A DNA stretch of 64,000 bases from Bigelowiella natans CCMP2755 (Eukaryota > Protista > Cercozoa): assembly GCA_000320545.1 (NCBI GenBank), contig ADNK01002821.1, positions 7,976 to 71,975 on the forward strand, read 5' to 3'. Both the position numbers and the translations under genes were made by a program. The notes beneath the pieces are model-generated. The model did no database searches and was not told where the DNA came from. It saw only the letters and a program-made list of their open reading frames with translations. Below are positions 12,569 through 24,419 of this stretch, piece after piece. Numbering within the stretch: position 1 is the stretch's first letter; each line of letters starts with the position of its first letter.

Positions 12569-13250
12569 TGCTCCGTTTGAATGTTAAGATATATAGTGGG
12601 GTCAGGATTCCTTGATGGGCCCGATTAAAATCATGAAAACGAAGTAAATTTTATGTCTCAATATAAATCTGTGTGTCTTTAATTTCTAAAAGTTGCTCAC
12701 AATCAGACTCACTAAGTTGAAATGCTTGTAGTAGCAGCATTTTCGTTTGTGCCGTATGAAACCCTTAAAGGCGCGTCTCTCTTGCGAAATGCCCTGCATA
12801 CCTGGAGGTAGACATGGAAACTAAAGTCCGGGCCACCCTCACCACAAGCCGCAGGCTATCTCCATCATTATTTTAGATTAAGACATCGGTTACAGGAAAC
12901 CGGAATATCAAATAATCATGTAAAAGGGCCATAATTAATTAATCCCGGTAAATCAGTGACTCGAGCAAGAAGTAAATCCACCGCGCCTTTTTATCATCAA
13001 CTTTTTGTGACCGCCCGAGAAGCTTTATTAGGACATTTCATCTACTCCGGGGCTGAATTTGACTGATTCACTTGCATAATTCGCCTGCTCACGAAAAATG
13101 TGCAGAACCGGAAACTTTGAAAATCCCCGGTGTCCCGGCAATAACGCTGGGAAATTTCGAGAAATTTCAGGCAGGGCGTCGTGCGCGATTTGCCGCCCCT
13201 TCCCTACTGAGTTTACGATTCACAGCTGAAACATGGCGAGTGCTGGGAAA

Positions 13251-13723
13251 ATGAGCGCCGACGACCTTAAAAAAAACGTACATGATAAAACAAGGATAGA
13301 GGGGACAGGCGCGTAGAAACCATATATCATATATTTTCCTGAAAACAAATGGATGGAACATTGAAGCCTTTCCTTTTCTCGCAGATTGCATCCCTTCACA
13401 AGTTTCACGCAGTAGAAGTTGAGGCAAACGGAAGTGGGATCAAGGTACAAAACTTTTGTCAGCGTTTTGTACGAAGGAAGTAATTGGAAATGCTGCTCAG
13501 ATCGATGATACAGTGAAGACGTTAGACACCACCGGGAGCACTTCGATAGATATGCTCTCATTCAACAACAAAAGACCTGATTCGAACGAAAAAGGGAATA
13601 TGGAGAAGCAAATTGAGCTTCTGCACAAATTCCACGAGGTGATATAAAGAGCGAGTTTCCATCATGGATATTTCAATAAAATGATTTGTTTTTTAGATCG
13701 AAGTAAGAGCTAACACCCAGTGA
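13251..13723 (+). CDS. Small hypothetical protein with an internal duplicated motif (LHKFH-x-[VI]EV-x-AN)
   Basis: Exon pieces IASLHKFHAVEVEANGSGIK (13385-13444) and MEKQIELLHKFHE|IEVRANTQ* joined by short GT-AG introns. The first junction appears off by one base. Confidence 0.4.
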
Positions 13724-14029
13724 AAGAACACGACGCAAGGTCGGACCTAGGAAGGAATTTTTACGAGATAACAATCACGATATTCCTGTTTAAAATTTGA
13801 GTTTAATGCTTCCAAGAGAGGACACTGACCAAAAACAGGCACAACAATATGAGAGGAGGGAGATGTTGGTCCGATTCCTCATACGTTCCTCGCAGTGTAG
13901 AGAAGGGAGATGACATGTTGTCACACAAGAACTCTAGACAAGATGTGGATATCTTGTCGATCTCACGAAATTGAAATCTGTATGAAAACGCTTAAAACTG
14001 GGTGTAGTTGTGGGCTTCACATTCGAGGT

Positions 14030-15200
14030 GGTACCTATAGCTGCGTGATGGACATGTGTTCCTTCTCATGTCACCACTAGACTATGCCCACTGCTTTGGC
14101 ACAATTTGTTTAACAAACACACCGTGTATGCGCATGCGTGCGCGCACATATACCACAACGAAACCGCTTCCATGACCAAACGGCACGTGATGACGAGCAA
14201 AGCAGTGGAAATCATACGGCGCAAAACACGCGCCGCGAAACACTACTAGCACACTAGCACGCTCATCTGGCTCGATCATCATCAGCACGTTACCAAACAC
14301 TCCACACCTGCAGTTCGATCAGTGGTGCGTGTGGCACAATGGCAGAACACCTGTCTCTAGATCTAGCCATGCTAGCATGTCTAGCCATGCACACTTGTTT
14401 GGTGCACGCATACTGCTGGTAGCGCTAGAGCGGTGCAGTCACGAACGAAAGAACACAGAACAGAGCATTGCACGTGAAAGTGGAACAGACAAAGGACACT
14501 GGTGCACACGTGTGTGTTGCAAGCACATTGCATATGCACAATCCATGTGGTCAATGATGGACATGTCCAGACGTGACACCACACAGACTTGTGTGCCTTC
14601 TGTTGCTGTGGCCAGTGCACGTCTGACAGAGCGTGTAACACCATGTGCAATGTGCATGTGACACAATACAGTGATGTTGCTGTGTTTGCATCTGCCTAGC
14701 TGCCGCCGCGTGCATGCTGGCATGAATGACATGCAAAGTCCACTTGGTGTTGCAAACCCATCTAGCCATGATGATGATGCGAGCGCCTGCTGTCACGCAC
14801 AACATGTATTGTGTTGCTGTGTCCATCATCGCATCATGCATTTGTGGGATTTTGTCAAGTTGCGCGTCGAGTCATGTGGGCTTGCGCAGCGGAGCTGTCG
14901 CACGTGAATTAGCCCATGCTAGCATGGCAATGCAACGTGGCGTTTTTTGCCTCACAACTTGTTCATCATGCGCATCGTATCCCAACAGGTGAATCTTTGT
15001 AGCCACCATGTCTAGATGCATGTCTGTACAAATGCACAATGTGGACACAACACATGCACTAGCATGTGCGTGTGTGCATGATGTGCATATAGCTGCAGCA
15101 TCGCGAAGCTAGATTAGGATGACAATTGGAAAGATTTAAACATTCATTGCATCCGTCTCCTGTGTGCATGTGCAAAAATATGCACATTGCACACACAACA
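14030..15200. other. Purine-pyrimidine-alternating, palindrome-rich convergent intergenic block (largest example)
   Basis: Dense CATG/TGCA/CTAG/CACGTG, with CATGCTAGCATG at 14368 and 14915. Confidence 0.75.
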
Positions 15201-15285
15201 ACCATAGTTAATACTGCTATCTATTGTCAAGTACATTTCAAAAATTCCACACAGTCCGCACACATCATTATCATCATTACCTCCA

Positions 15286-17277
15286 TCACTCTTCTTCCCT
15301 CACAAGCCCTATCGCTAATCTCCTCCTCCTCCTCCTGACTCTGATGTTCCAATCAATGGGAATCCACCGATATTCGAGCTTATTTTCCGCCAGTTTCCAT
15401 TTTCGGATCCCCCCACTCATGCATATTGCCTTTGATCTTCCCAGGTGACGAGGGTCTATGATTCTACACGAGCAGGGTTTGCCAGCCAAGTTTAAGATCA
15501 GGTTGAGTATGCTGTCAGGAGCATTGGGTAATTTATTCTGCAAGCAGCAGAAGAGGAGTTTGTTTTCAAACCAACGCTGGGCTTCGACGGAGACAATGTT
15601 ATCTCCGGTACACCTTTTTGGAGAGGTGTCGTTCGTAAGATTTGTGATGATGCTCTTCAACATGGCAAATAGATCCTCGCTGGAGAAGGGATTAGCGCCA
15701 ATATTCAATAAGGTAGCTAGTGCGTACAGAGCGTCAATGACGCGGTCTGATGAGAAGTAAGTCGAATTTTCCCCACACCAGTCTTCAACCAGTTTGCTCA
15801 TGCTGATCTGTTTTTTGAGGAATTTACGACCGATATACATTGCAATGAATTCGAAGAGCTCATTGATTTCAGTTAACGTCGGCAGTAGCTGATGCAACGA
15901 ATCGCACACTGTTGTGAGCTCTATCACTTTCTGGAAAAAGTACCTGGGCCGAGACCTTTTCAGCGAATCAAAGCGCATTCTGTACAAGTCGATGTGTGCC
16001 AGTAATCCTCTTTCTCTAGGGCGCGTCCATTTTTTCGCTGCTTCAAGTTTTTGCAAAACTTCGATCATTGCGTCGGAGAAATAGCCACAAATATTCTCTA
16101 AGGCCAATTTAATTTTGTCTTTGGCAGGCCCTTGTAGATAGTTTAAATCTCTCCATAAACGATCTCTTTCTCCTTTTGAAATCGGATGTAAAATATGTTC
16201 AATGTGCACGAAAACACCTCGCACAGTGAGCATCTGAGGGGATGCAAAGCCCCCAAATACACTTTTGATACATACTGTGTTTGCAATCTGATCCAGATTC
16301 GCACAAATATCGTAAATAAGCACCTGACGCACCCTATCGTCCAGGGGTAGAACCTTAGATAAGTCCGCCCATAATTTTCGTTCTGCTTCTATAAAACCCT
16401 TTATCCCCAGCTCCACGTCTCGGTGCCAAGAATTCATTTCAAGCGCGTGTCTTGAATTAGAGTCGGTTGAAACAGAAGAAGAAGAGGAAGAAGAAGAAGA
16501 AGATGATGATGAAGGGGAAGAAGAAGAAGAAGAAGATGATGAAGAGAATGGCTGTATGGGTAGGTGAACGTTGGACACGACGGAAGCAAGATACTCTCCC
16601 AATATAGCGCTGGGCAAATGCTGATGGGAGGTGTCGATGTCGTCGAGGTATTTGTAACGAACGGGTAGCCCAACTCGATACTCCTCCATCTTACGTAGGT
16701 TATGAAGCATATCAATATCCCAATTTATCTCTTCCCGACCTTTGATTTCGGCTATTATCACGTTAAAACTGGCCAAGATGTCGTCCCTGCAAGCTCCCTT
16801 TTCATCAAGGAGTTGAACCAGCTTTGGGTTTCCGGATAGGATGGCGCGATGAAGAGGGGTAAAGCCAGATTCGTCGTGAATGTTCACGTTTGCTTTCATT
16901 TCAATCAGGGCACGGGCCGTTTCGAGTTCTCTCGCATGTCGTTCCTTTCCTTCCCGGGTTCTATCTTCAGCCAGACGACTCCGAGAGCCGATGCTGTCGT
17001 TGTAAAAATCGATGCTAATGGCGTTGTGGAGCGCAGTCCTTCCTCGTGGGCAGCGAGCATTCACACCTCCTGGCCCGACTGCCCCCTGTATTTCAGCTTT
17101 TGGCCTATGCGCCCGCACCAATCGACGGAATTCGTAGTCCAAAGCTGCAGGGGGTGAGGTTAAAGCCGCTTCATCTTCACGAGGTTGCTGCACTATCGCA
17201 TTGGGATAACCAGGGCGTAGCTTGCCATCCAAACTTTCGAACTTTCTCTTCCGAATGGGGGGCTTCACCGGCGCCAT
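15286..17277 (-). CDS. Intronless 663-aa protein with N-terminal ankyrin repeats, Ser-rich linker and uncharacterised helical C-terminal region
   Basis: Single ORF. ANK motifs VNARCPRGRTALHNAI and ANVNIHDESGFTPLHRAILSGNPKLVQLL. Poly-Ser from a (TCT/TCA)n tract at ~16474-16545. Confidence 0.8.
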   Translation of the reverse strand: MAPVKPPIRKRKFESLDGKLRPGYPNAIVQQPREDEAALTSPPAALDYEFRRLVRAHRPKAEIQGAVGPGGVNARCPRGRTALHNAISIDFYNDSIGSRSRLAEDRTREGKERHARELETARALIEMKANVNIHDESGFTPLHRAILSGNPKLVQLLDEKGACRDDILASFNVIIAEIKGREEINWDIDMLHNLRKMEEYRVGLPVRYKYLDDIDTSHQHLPSAILGEYLASVVSNVHLPIQPFSSSSSSSSSSPSSSSSSSSSSSSSVSTDSNSRHALEMNSWHRDVELGIKGFIEAERKLWADLSKVLPLDDRVRQVLIYDICANLDQIANTVCIKSVFGGFASPQMLTVRGVFVHIEHILHPISKGERDRLWRDLNYLQGPAKDKIKLALENICGYFSDAMIEVLQKLEAAKKWTRPRERGLLAHIDLYRMRFDSLKRSRPRYFFQKVIELTTVCDSLHQLLPTLTEINELFEFIAMYIGRKFLKKQISMSKLVEDWCGENSTYFSSDRVIDALYALATLLNIGANPFSSEDLFAMLKSIITNLTNDTSPKRCTGDNIVSVEAQRWFENKLLFCCLQNKLPNAPDSILNLILNLAGKPCSCRIIDPRHLGRSKAICMSGGIRKWKLAENKLEYRWIPIDWNIRVRRRRRRLAIGLVREEE

Positions 17278-17515
17278 GTGCGCTTGGCAGGGGGGGGCGT
17301 CAATCCTTCTCTGCTCTTCGGACCCGCAGTTGAGAAGAATTCAGTGATGGATTTTGTGAATTTAGTGAATTTATAGTTGTCGCTGAACAAAAACAACCTG
17401 GATATATGAGATTCATATTGAGAGAAAACCGAGCATATGGAGTGGTAGTTATTGCGATGAATTTTAGTCTAACTTTCCGTTTCGTTGCTCGGAAAAAAAA
17501 AGAAGAAGAAGAAGA

Positions 17516-19953
17516 ATGGCGGACCACTCGGGCGATGGAGCGGGTGGCGCCGATTCGATCGACTGGTTTTCTCTGGTGAGCCAATAGAGAATAGAGCTGG
17601 ATCGACCAAGGAAGTGAAGGCTTTCACTTTCGAACAAGCCAGCCAGTACAGAATGCATCGTGCGTGCGGATAACTGACTTCTGCTTTTGTGAATCCTTCG
17701 AAAGGTGTCGAACATGATGGGGGGGATGGCTTTGTTTCTCTACGGCATCGGGAGGATGACATACAGCCTAAAGATGGGCGCTGGAGACGTGTAGGGCCTT
17801 CCCAAAATGAAATGAAACCGCCATCCTTTCTTTCTGCATGTGGATTGACTTTGTGGATTGAGAGATCAACATTTGCCCTCTCACCATCCTGCAGGATGCG
17901 AGACGTTCTCAAAAGGATGTGCAAAAACCAATTTCTAGGCATGCTAACAGGTCTTACCATTTCAACGTGTTTAGTATTAGAGCGAATAGTTCCTTCCGGG
18001 GCCTCTCATCAATATTTCGACGTACGCCTCCTCAGGCATCTTCGTGACAGCCATTCTATCCTCCTCGTCCGGTAAGTCTCGTGCAATCTAACGCCCACAA
18101 CAATAGGTGCTCGTGTGTATGCATACACGCATGTGTGTGTGTGTTCTTTCTATAAATAACGTGTACATATAACATCTTGAAATTGACAACGCTACCAATG
18201 TTATGATGCGTATGAATACAGCTGCATCGGTGATGCTGGTGACGTTCGTCGAATCAGGCTATATCACCTTCGCCGAAGTATGTAGCGTACTAGCTTCTAG
18301 ATTCGAATTTAGCTACAGCAAAATCGAAGAGCCTTTTGAACCTTGAGGAATTCGTTGAAGAGCGACGAAAACCAGCAAAGGAATATAAAGGATTTTCACG
18401 AGCCCCACCCAAAAATGGGAAATCTTAAAGCCTGGCCCCATCGATTGCTACAAAATCACCGATGCTTTGATTTAGCAGAGCTCGGAACTCAATACATAAT
18501 CTACATCTCATGTCGACATGGCAACACACAAAAAGGAGAACCCCTTGGGGGGGGGGAATGGCTTCGCCCCCACTCACCTTTTTGTTTTGTTTTGTTTTGC
18601 TTTGGTATTATTCTCGTGTTCTTACTAGTCCATCGGTGCGTTGTTGGGAGTCAATATCGGAACAACGATAACTGTATACCTCGTAGCTCTCAACATCACA
18701 AAGTAGTCATAATAAAGTAGCATTGGAGGCAGGAGAGAAGGCGGGTAGAGGAAGGGGGAGAGGCAGGGGGGGAGTCAGCGGTTGGTAGTAATAGATACAT
18801 GACATCTTGATAACCATGCCTTTAATGTCATTTCGTGGTTGTGATTTTCACCGCTATGAAGGTACTGCTTAGGCCTCATAGCTGCAGGTTATGCCGTTTC
18901 CTCCTTCTCCGCCAAGGTAGCTCTACCACCACACATCCAAAACAGTATAGAAGAATAAGGGGAGATAGGATGCAAGGCACCCATTCCCTAGAGAAGAGGT
19001 GAATAACGATGTGATTTACAACGCGTGCTGCTGCTTTTTCCATAAGAAAAAAAAAAAAAAACGTTCGCAAATGTTCTCGTTAGGGGTCAAAGTCGTGCTA
19101 TCTAGGAGAGGCGCTATTTGGCCTGGGGTTATTGTTCTTCGGTATAGACATAATGGGCGACGCGATGTCGCCACTCCGCAACTATACGGTTGGTTGTTCC
19201 TTCCAATCCCGCAAAACGCCTTCAAAACGATAAGCTGCGCCACTCTGCACTGATAGCCAGCTGCATATCTCCACCGCAGTTCCAACTCGAGAATCTCTGT
19301 GTGTTGTTTCCCGTCGTAATTTCCGGGTGTAAATCTGGACTCTTTTCCCCTTTTCAATATTGCACTTACAAGACATCTTCCTCGCCCACCTCGCATTCCA
19401 ATCCTTCTGTATCTTACAGCCTTTTCTCACGGTTCTGATGTCGCTCGATAACGTGTGGATGGCTATTATTGCCTCGACGATATTCACGCTTGTGATTCAA
19501 TCGGTAGCAGCGTAAGCACCGTCCAGAGTAGCCATCATCACCACCAGTAGACTTGTAGGAAGACAACGAATCCGCACTACTACTACCACTACTACCACTA
19601 CTACCACTACGACTACTACTACTACTACTACTACTCTACTACTTAACGTTTTGTCCTATATAAATACTTTCCTTGCAGCTCCATGCCGATGCTGCTGCTA
19701 CTACTGCCTATAACCAACACCGTTACCAACACGACTGTAATGTGTTATGTCATCGTTCGTCGTCGTCATATAAGAGCGCGGCTGTATTATCAATCGTGGT
19801 ACTGCTCTCCCAGCAAGGGTTCCTCTCGCAGTCTGCCGGAGTCGCAATGGTAATTGGCAGAGCATGCTGAAAGAGAATTGAAAGCTTCTTTTTGTCGCCG
19901 ATACTGATAATCGCCTTGACCAGGACGCGGTCCCAAATCATATTCTACATAAA

Positions 19954-19993
<40 letters not shown>

Positions 19994-21579
19994 CTTCTGC
20001 GTGTGTGCATAAATAGGTTCTTGGTGCTAATATTGGCACCACAGGCACCGCGCTGCTAAGCAGTATAGGCAAACAAACAGAATCGGTGAAATCTGCCCCC
20101 TGCTGCTGCTGCTGCCGCTGCCGCTGCTTTTATCGCTCATTTTCCCCAAACGAAAAGCAAACGTGTTGATGGTGATTCCCCTTTCCCTGACTGGCTAATG
20201 CTGGCACGAAATCTCGCCAATCTATGATGGCCATCAGCACGCGTCCGCTTGCAGCTACCGCCCAACTTGTATGCAATCAGGTTCGTGTCGCGGTGTGCTA
20301 CTTCGTCCTGAAAGCATTCGGTCGGTTGCTCTCGTTGATGCGCGTGTGTATAGGAAGCTGCACAGAAGAAGAAGAAGAAGAAGAAGAAGAAGAAGAAGAT
20401 AGAATGATAAGAAAGAAGAGTGAGGAGATGCTATCATCCATCGAATTTGTATACGTCAGCTTAGGCCCTTCGTTAGCATGGTGGCAGCCTACGACTGCGT
20501 CGATCAAATACATTTCACACACACACACACACACACACATACACATACACATACACATACACACGCACCCATACACGCACGCACGCACGCATACGTACAT
20601 AGAGAGGGGCGGGAAGTGAGGGGGGAGAAAGAGACTCGTTGGGCCTTCCTCCTCTCTTCCTCCTCCTCCGACAAGTTCTCTGCCTCTCTTTAACCTCACT
20701 GCTCTTGCCTCCTCCCCCTCCTGTTTTCTTTCTACTTGTTTTCCTACTCCTGAAGGCGTGGTGGCTATAGCTCCATTCGTCAGCTGGTTCGTGTACCTAA
20801 TATACGCTCTGCAAGGCACAGCGTTTGTTGACCCTAAGGTGGGAAAAGAAGAAGAAGAAGAAGAAGAAGAAGAAGAAGAAGAAGAAGAATGTGATGACGA
20901 TGCATGAAGTAGGGCACATGCTATGCTGCGGAGGGAATATTGCATATGTATATATGGAATCAACTACACACACGCGCCGCACTTAGCTCTTCGGTATGTC
21001 TCACTCGACTGCTGCTTTGATGTCATCGTCGCCACGGAATTAGAGCAAGGCTGAGCGGGCTGAGCACGTTCCTGGCATTATCACCTTCTCGCATTCGCTC
21101 TTCAACGTGGCTTTGGCGTTAATATTCCTTCCGTTCACGTCGCGGGTATGCGTGCATCCTCTCCCGCCTTTTCATCGTGCTCACGGATGTTAATACAAAT
21201 TGCCGTGCTAGTAAGCACGCACTCGTGGTATGTCCTCATACGACGTGTTTGTAATCAAATCGCACAGGTAGCAAAGGTTGTTGAGTTCTTAGTTCCAAGC
21301 GACCCCACTTTGGGTAGTTGCAGTTCAATCGGGGGGGCTGCTATGGTGGTTGATACGTCGAGCTCAGGGACAGCATCCTCGAAAATGTGCGTGTGCGCGC
21401 CGTATGAGAACAGCGTTTTTTATGTTACCATGCCATGTAGCTTTGTTTATTCGATGGTTTCTTTTGAGTTTCTGTTCCACGCTCCAGTCGCCTTTCGCAC
21501 TTGTGTAATTACTGCCGACTTTGGCCTCATTAGGACGACGAAGGGAATAATGCTGCAGCCACCAAGGAAGAAGGACTAA
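17516..21579 (+). CDS. Sodium-dependent phosphate cotransporter (PNaS/NptA-SLC34-like, Na_Pi_cotrans), many small exons
   Basis: Spliced exons give MADHSG..WFSL|VSNMMGGMALFLYGIGRMTYSLKMGAGD|MRDVLKRMCKNQFLGMLTG|IFVTAILSSSS|ASVMLVTFVESG|SIGALLGVNIGTTIT..|GEALFGLGLLFFGIDIM..|..FTLVIQS|SAAVLSIVV..|VLGANIGTTGTALLSSIG..|FSHSLFNVALALIFLPF. Both (Q/S)SS and G(A/V)NIGTT signature repeats are present. Confidence 0.9.
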
Positions 21580-22286
21580 CTGTGCGACAGGCTACCAGGT
21601 TGCGACCTCTCCCAATTTATCACTCTCTAGCATTGCGGACCATCAAATTTGCATGCTTCTCACGCATCGCTTCCGCTACATTTGTGATTGTGCATGCATG
21701 CATGTGTGCAATGATGATACGCATCTTTGCTGAATGTAGCATTGCACGCTACATGGCAAATGTGTGCGCGCCGAAGTGTGGCTGTAGCGCGCCTGCGTGA
21801 AGCATTTGCACAATGGCACACACACGCAATGAATTGCATAATGCTATAAGCAGTGTTCATAGTGCGGATAGAGACATCGTGATTCTTAATTATGCACTGT
21901 GTATAGTGTGTAATTACTAGTCTCTATCTTTGTCCTGAGTTCATTATTGTCCATGTGATGAGCCAAAGTATATATTAGTAGTAAATAAAATCTCTTCGAT
22001 AACATTTCGAAGCCAGATTTAAAAATTTGGCCATAATATACATGTATGATGTTAATATGATTCGGATTCGTAGCGCAGCCCACACAGTCATTTCTATCTG
22101 CTCCGATAGTTTGAGGCTTTTTAACCCACAAAAAGCTGAAGCCGTGTGTTGATATCGTGCCATATACCTTGTGAGGTATCACTGCAAGTAATGCCATCGT
22201 GGTGTTGTTCATTCGTCTTATTAAATACAGTATGCTAGTGTGTGAATCATGCTTTACTGCAAAGTGTGCGACCAGTAAACTCAATC

Positions 22287-23690
22287 TATCTAACTCTGGA
22301 ACTATATCCTCGCACTGCTGGTGAATTTGGAGCTGGGTCCATATCTCGAAGCATATCTTTCATCACACGCAACATCTTTGCGTCTTCGCTACGAATAGAC
22401 CCTCCACATTCACGAACCTGAACGACACAATTTCTTCATCTTTTACATCTAGGCAAGCAAGATACAAATAAACAGGAAAGAAACTAAGATAAGGGGATCG
22501 ACTGTCTGGTTGTAAAGATGCCTGAGTTGATTTTTCGCCATCTAAATTTATCGGGTGAGGAAATCTTATAGAGATTCAAAGAGTGGTGATGAGCACATTA
22601 TGTGATGAACCTTGGCAACAGTTCTTTCCACATCCTCTGCTTGATCTGAATATGTTCTTGCGGCAAAATTCATAGTAGCAAATTTATTTCTGCAATTGTT
22701 TCTACTTTCACGGGAAAGTTTCCTTCTCCTCCTAATTTCCAACAAACTATCTATAGATTCATCATCGGAAGTTCTAGGAAAGCTTTGGTTTGAGGTTCCT
22801 CGTCCAATGCTACCCGTTGGACGTGAAGGTTTATGTCGATGTAGAGACTGTATTGAATGTACTGCAGAAGTTGCGCTCAAGGGAGAGAGGCAGGATTCAA
22901 AGAGCTGGGAACCAAATTTGACATCGTCACCCTTGGGGAGATTAACTATTGGCATCGAGCGCTCCAAGCCAGAGAGCATGTTTCTACTGGGCCTCCCTCC
23001 TTTCCGTAAATCCAAATCGGCATCTTTGCGACTGAGAGAGAGTGCAGATAGCTGGTTTGTGTTGTGAACTTGAAACACATTTGTAAAATTAGCTCGCGAT
23101 TTGGGCGAGAATTTTGTAGATTTACGCACAGTTTGTGTCCCTGCATTGCGCCTTAGTCGTTGAAGGAGTTTTATTCTTTCAGCTTCGAGTTTATTCCTCT
23201 GAAGGATTTCGTTTTTTTTCCTTTCCAATGTCTTAATCTGTTTCCTTCGTTTTTTTCGTCGCTCTATCCAGTCCAGTATTAGTGAGCGAATAGCTATGTT
23301 GGGAACGAGGCGAAGATCACTAACGCACCAATTTTTAGATGTTAAGCGGGAAATTAGAATTACCTCTTAAGTTTTTTTATTGGTACCTTAGCTTCTGGCT
23401 TGTAAGTGGGTCCGTTTTTTTCCCAATCTCAAACCACTTCTTAATGCTCTGTTCCAAAATATGCATGTTATCATTAAAATTCAATTCGCTCAGTAATCAA
23501 TAGGATGAATATTCTATCCATCACAGATGGAATTCTTTGACGAGGGTCTAGATGAAGCAATTCGAAGTTACTCCAGCGCAGGGCCTACATCTATCTACCT
23601 TATAGTCATATGTTTGTCCGAGAGAATTGATATGAGTATTGGTCATAATTTCCCTTGAAATGGGGCAGAGGAACGCTTGCGGTATCTTCT
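22287..23690 (-). CDS. Hypothetical multi-exon protein (coiled-coil then Ser/Arg-rich disordered region)
   Basis: 220-aa ORF at 22566-23228 plus flanking exon-like segments. No family recognised and both ends are approximate. Confidence 0.45.
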
Positions 23691-24419
23691 GCAAGTTATC
23701 GAGTAAATTTCACAACTAGCCAATGTTGTTGTAGCTAGAAGCCACATGAGGATGGGGTTTTGCCGTGCCGTACACCGCCAACAGCATATCAGCTACAATA
23801 CCAGGGTTGTACCGAATTACCTTTGTGCACACGCACGTTGGCTCCATTGTTATGCGGCAGCGGCGACTTATGGAAGTTACAGGGGGGAGGGGTTTGGAGG
23901 AATTTCGAAGATTGCTTGCTTGTCGTTGGTATTTCCCACATAGAAACACCGAATGAGAAAGGGCTGCGTTTGTGCATAAAATGATCGGAAAACGAATGCG
24001 TCATAGTTACAAATCCCCTTTTGCTCGGGGGGTGGAATGGCCTGCTTTTCGGGAAAACTAGGAAGCCTGGCAAGCCCTGAAGTCGCACTTTTCAGCAGTT
24101 TTCTCTCCATCACCAATCTCCGCGAAAGAAGAAAGAGCCTTCGTCTCGACCGGAATTATGCATTCGCAGCTGAGATTTCGTGCAAATATCGGTGTTTGGT
24201 TCGCAGGGCAAGGGTGCAAGAGATGACTGATTTATTTTGGTGCATCGTACATGACTGCGTCCAAACACATGTGTGTACCAGTAAAATTTCCGAGCTTCCA
24301 ATAACCTCCAAAACCCAGGCCAATTTCTGGATTATTGCTGTGTTCGAATGCCATAGCATGGGGAACGGTACTCGTGCCGATTCTGGTCTTGTGTACTTCT
24401 CTTACAACATTTCAGTAGT

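Noticed and set aside
14030-15200. RY-rich blocks as a MITE/transposon family or as Z-DNA supercoil sinks
   Set aside because: No shared termini, TIRs or alignable body were seen between blocks. Convergent transcription generates positive supercoiling, which disfavours Z-DNA, so that explanation was set aside.
20466-20839. Apparent scrambled exon order in the Na/Pi gene (PFVSMVAAY before GVVAIAPFVSW)
   Set aside because: 20757-~20838 reads as one continuous in-phase exon. The 20466 segment has no donor and is probably intronic coincidence.
20298-20963. ORFs with poly-His, poly-Met, CVCV, RERE or YIYI runs (also 32173-32628, 44579-45177, 49163-50130)
   Set aside because: These are translations of intronic microsatellites or antisense frames.
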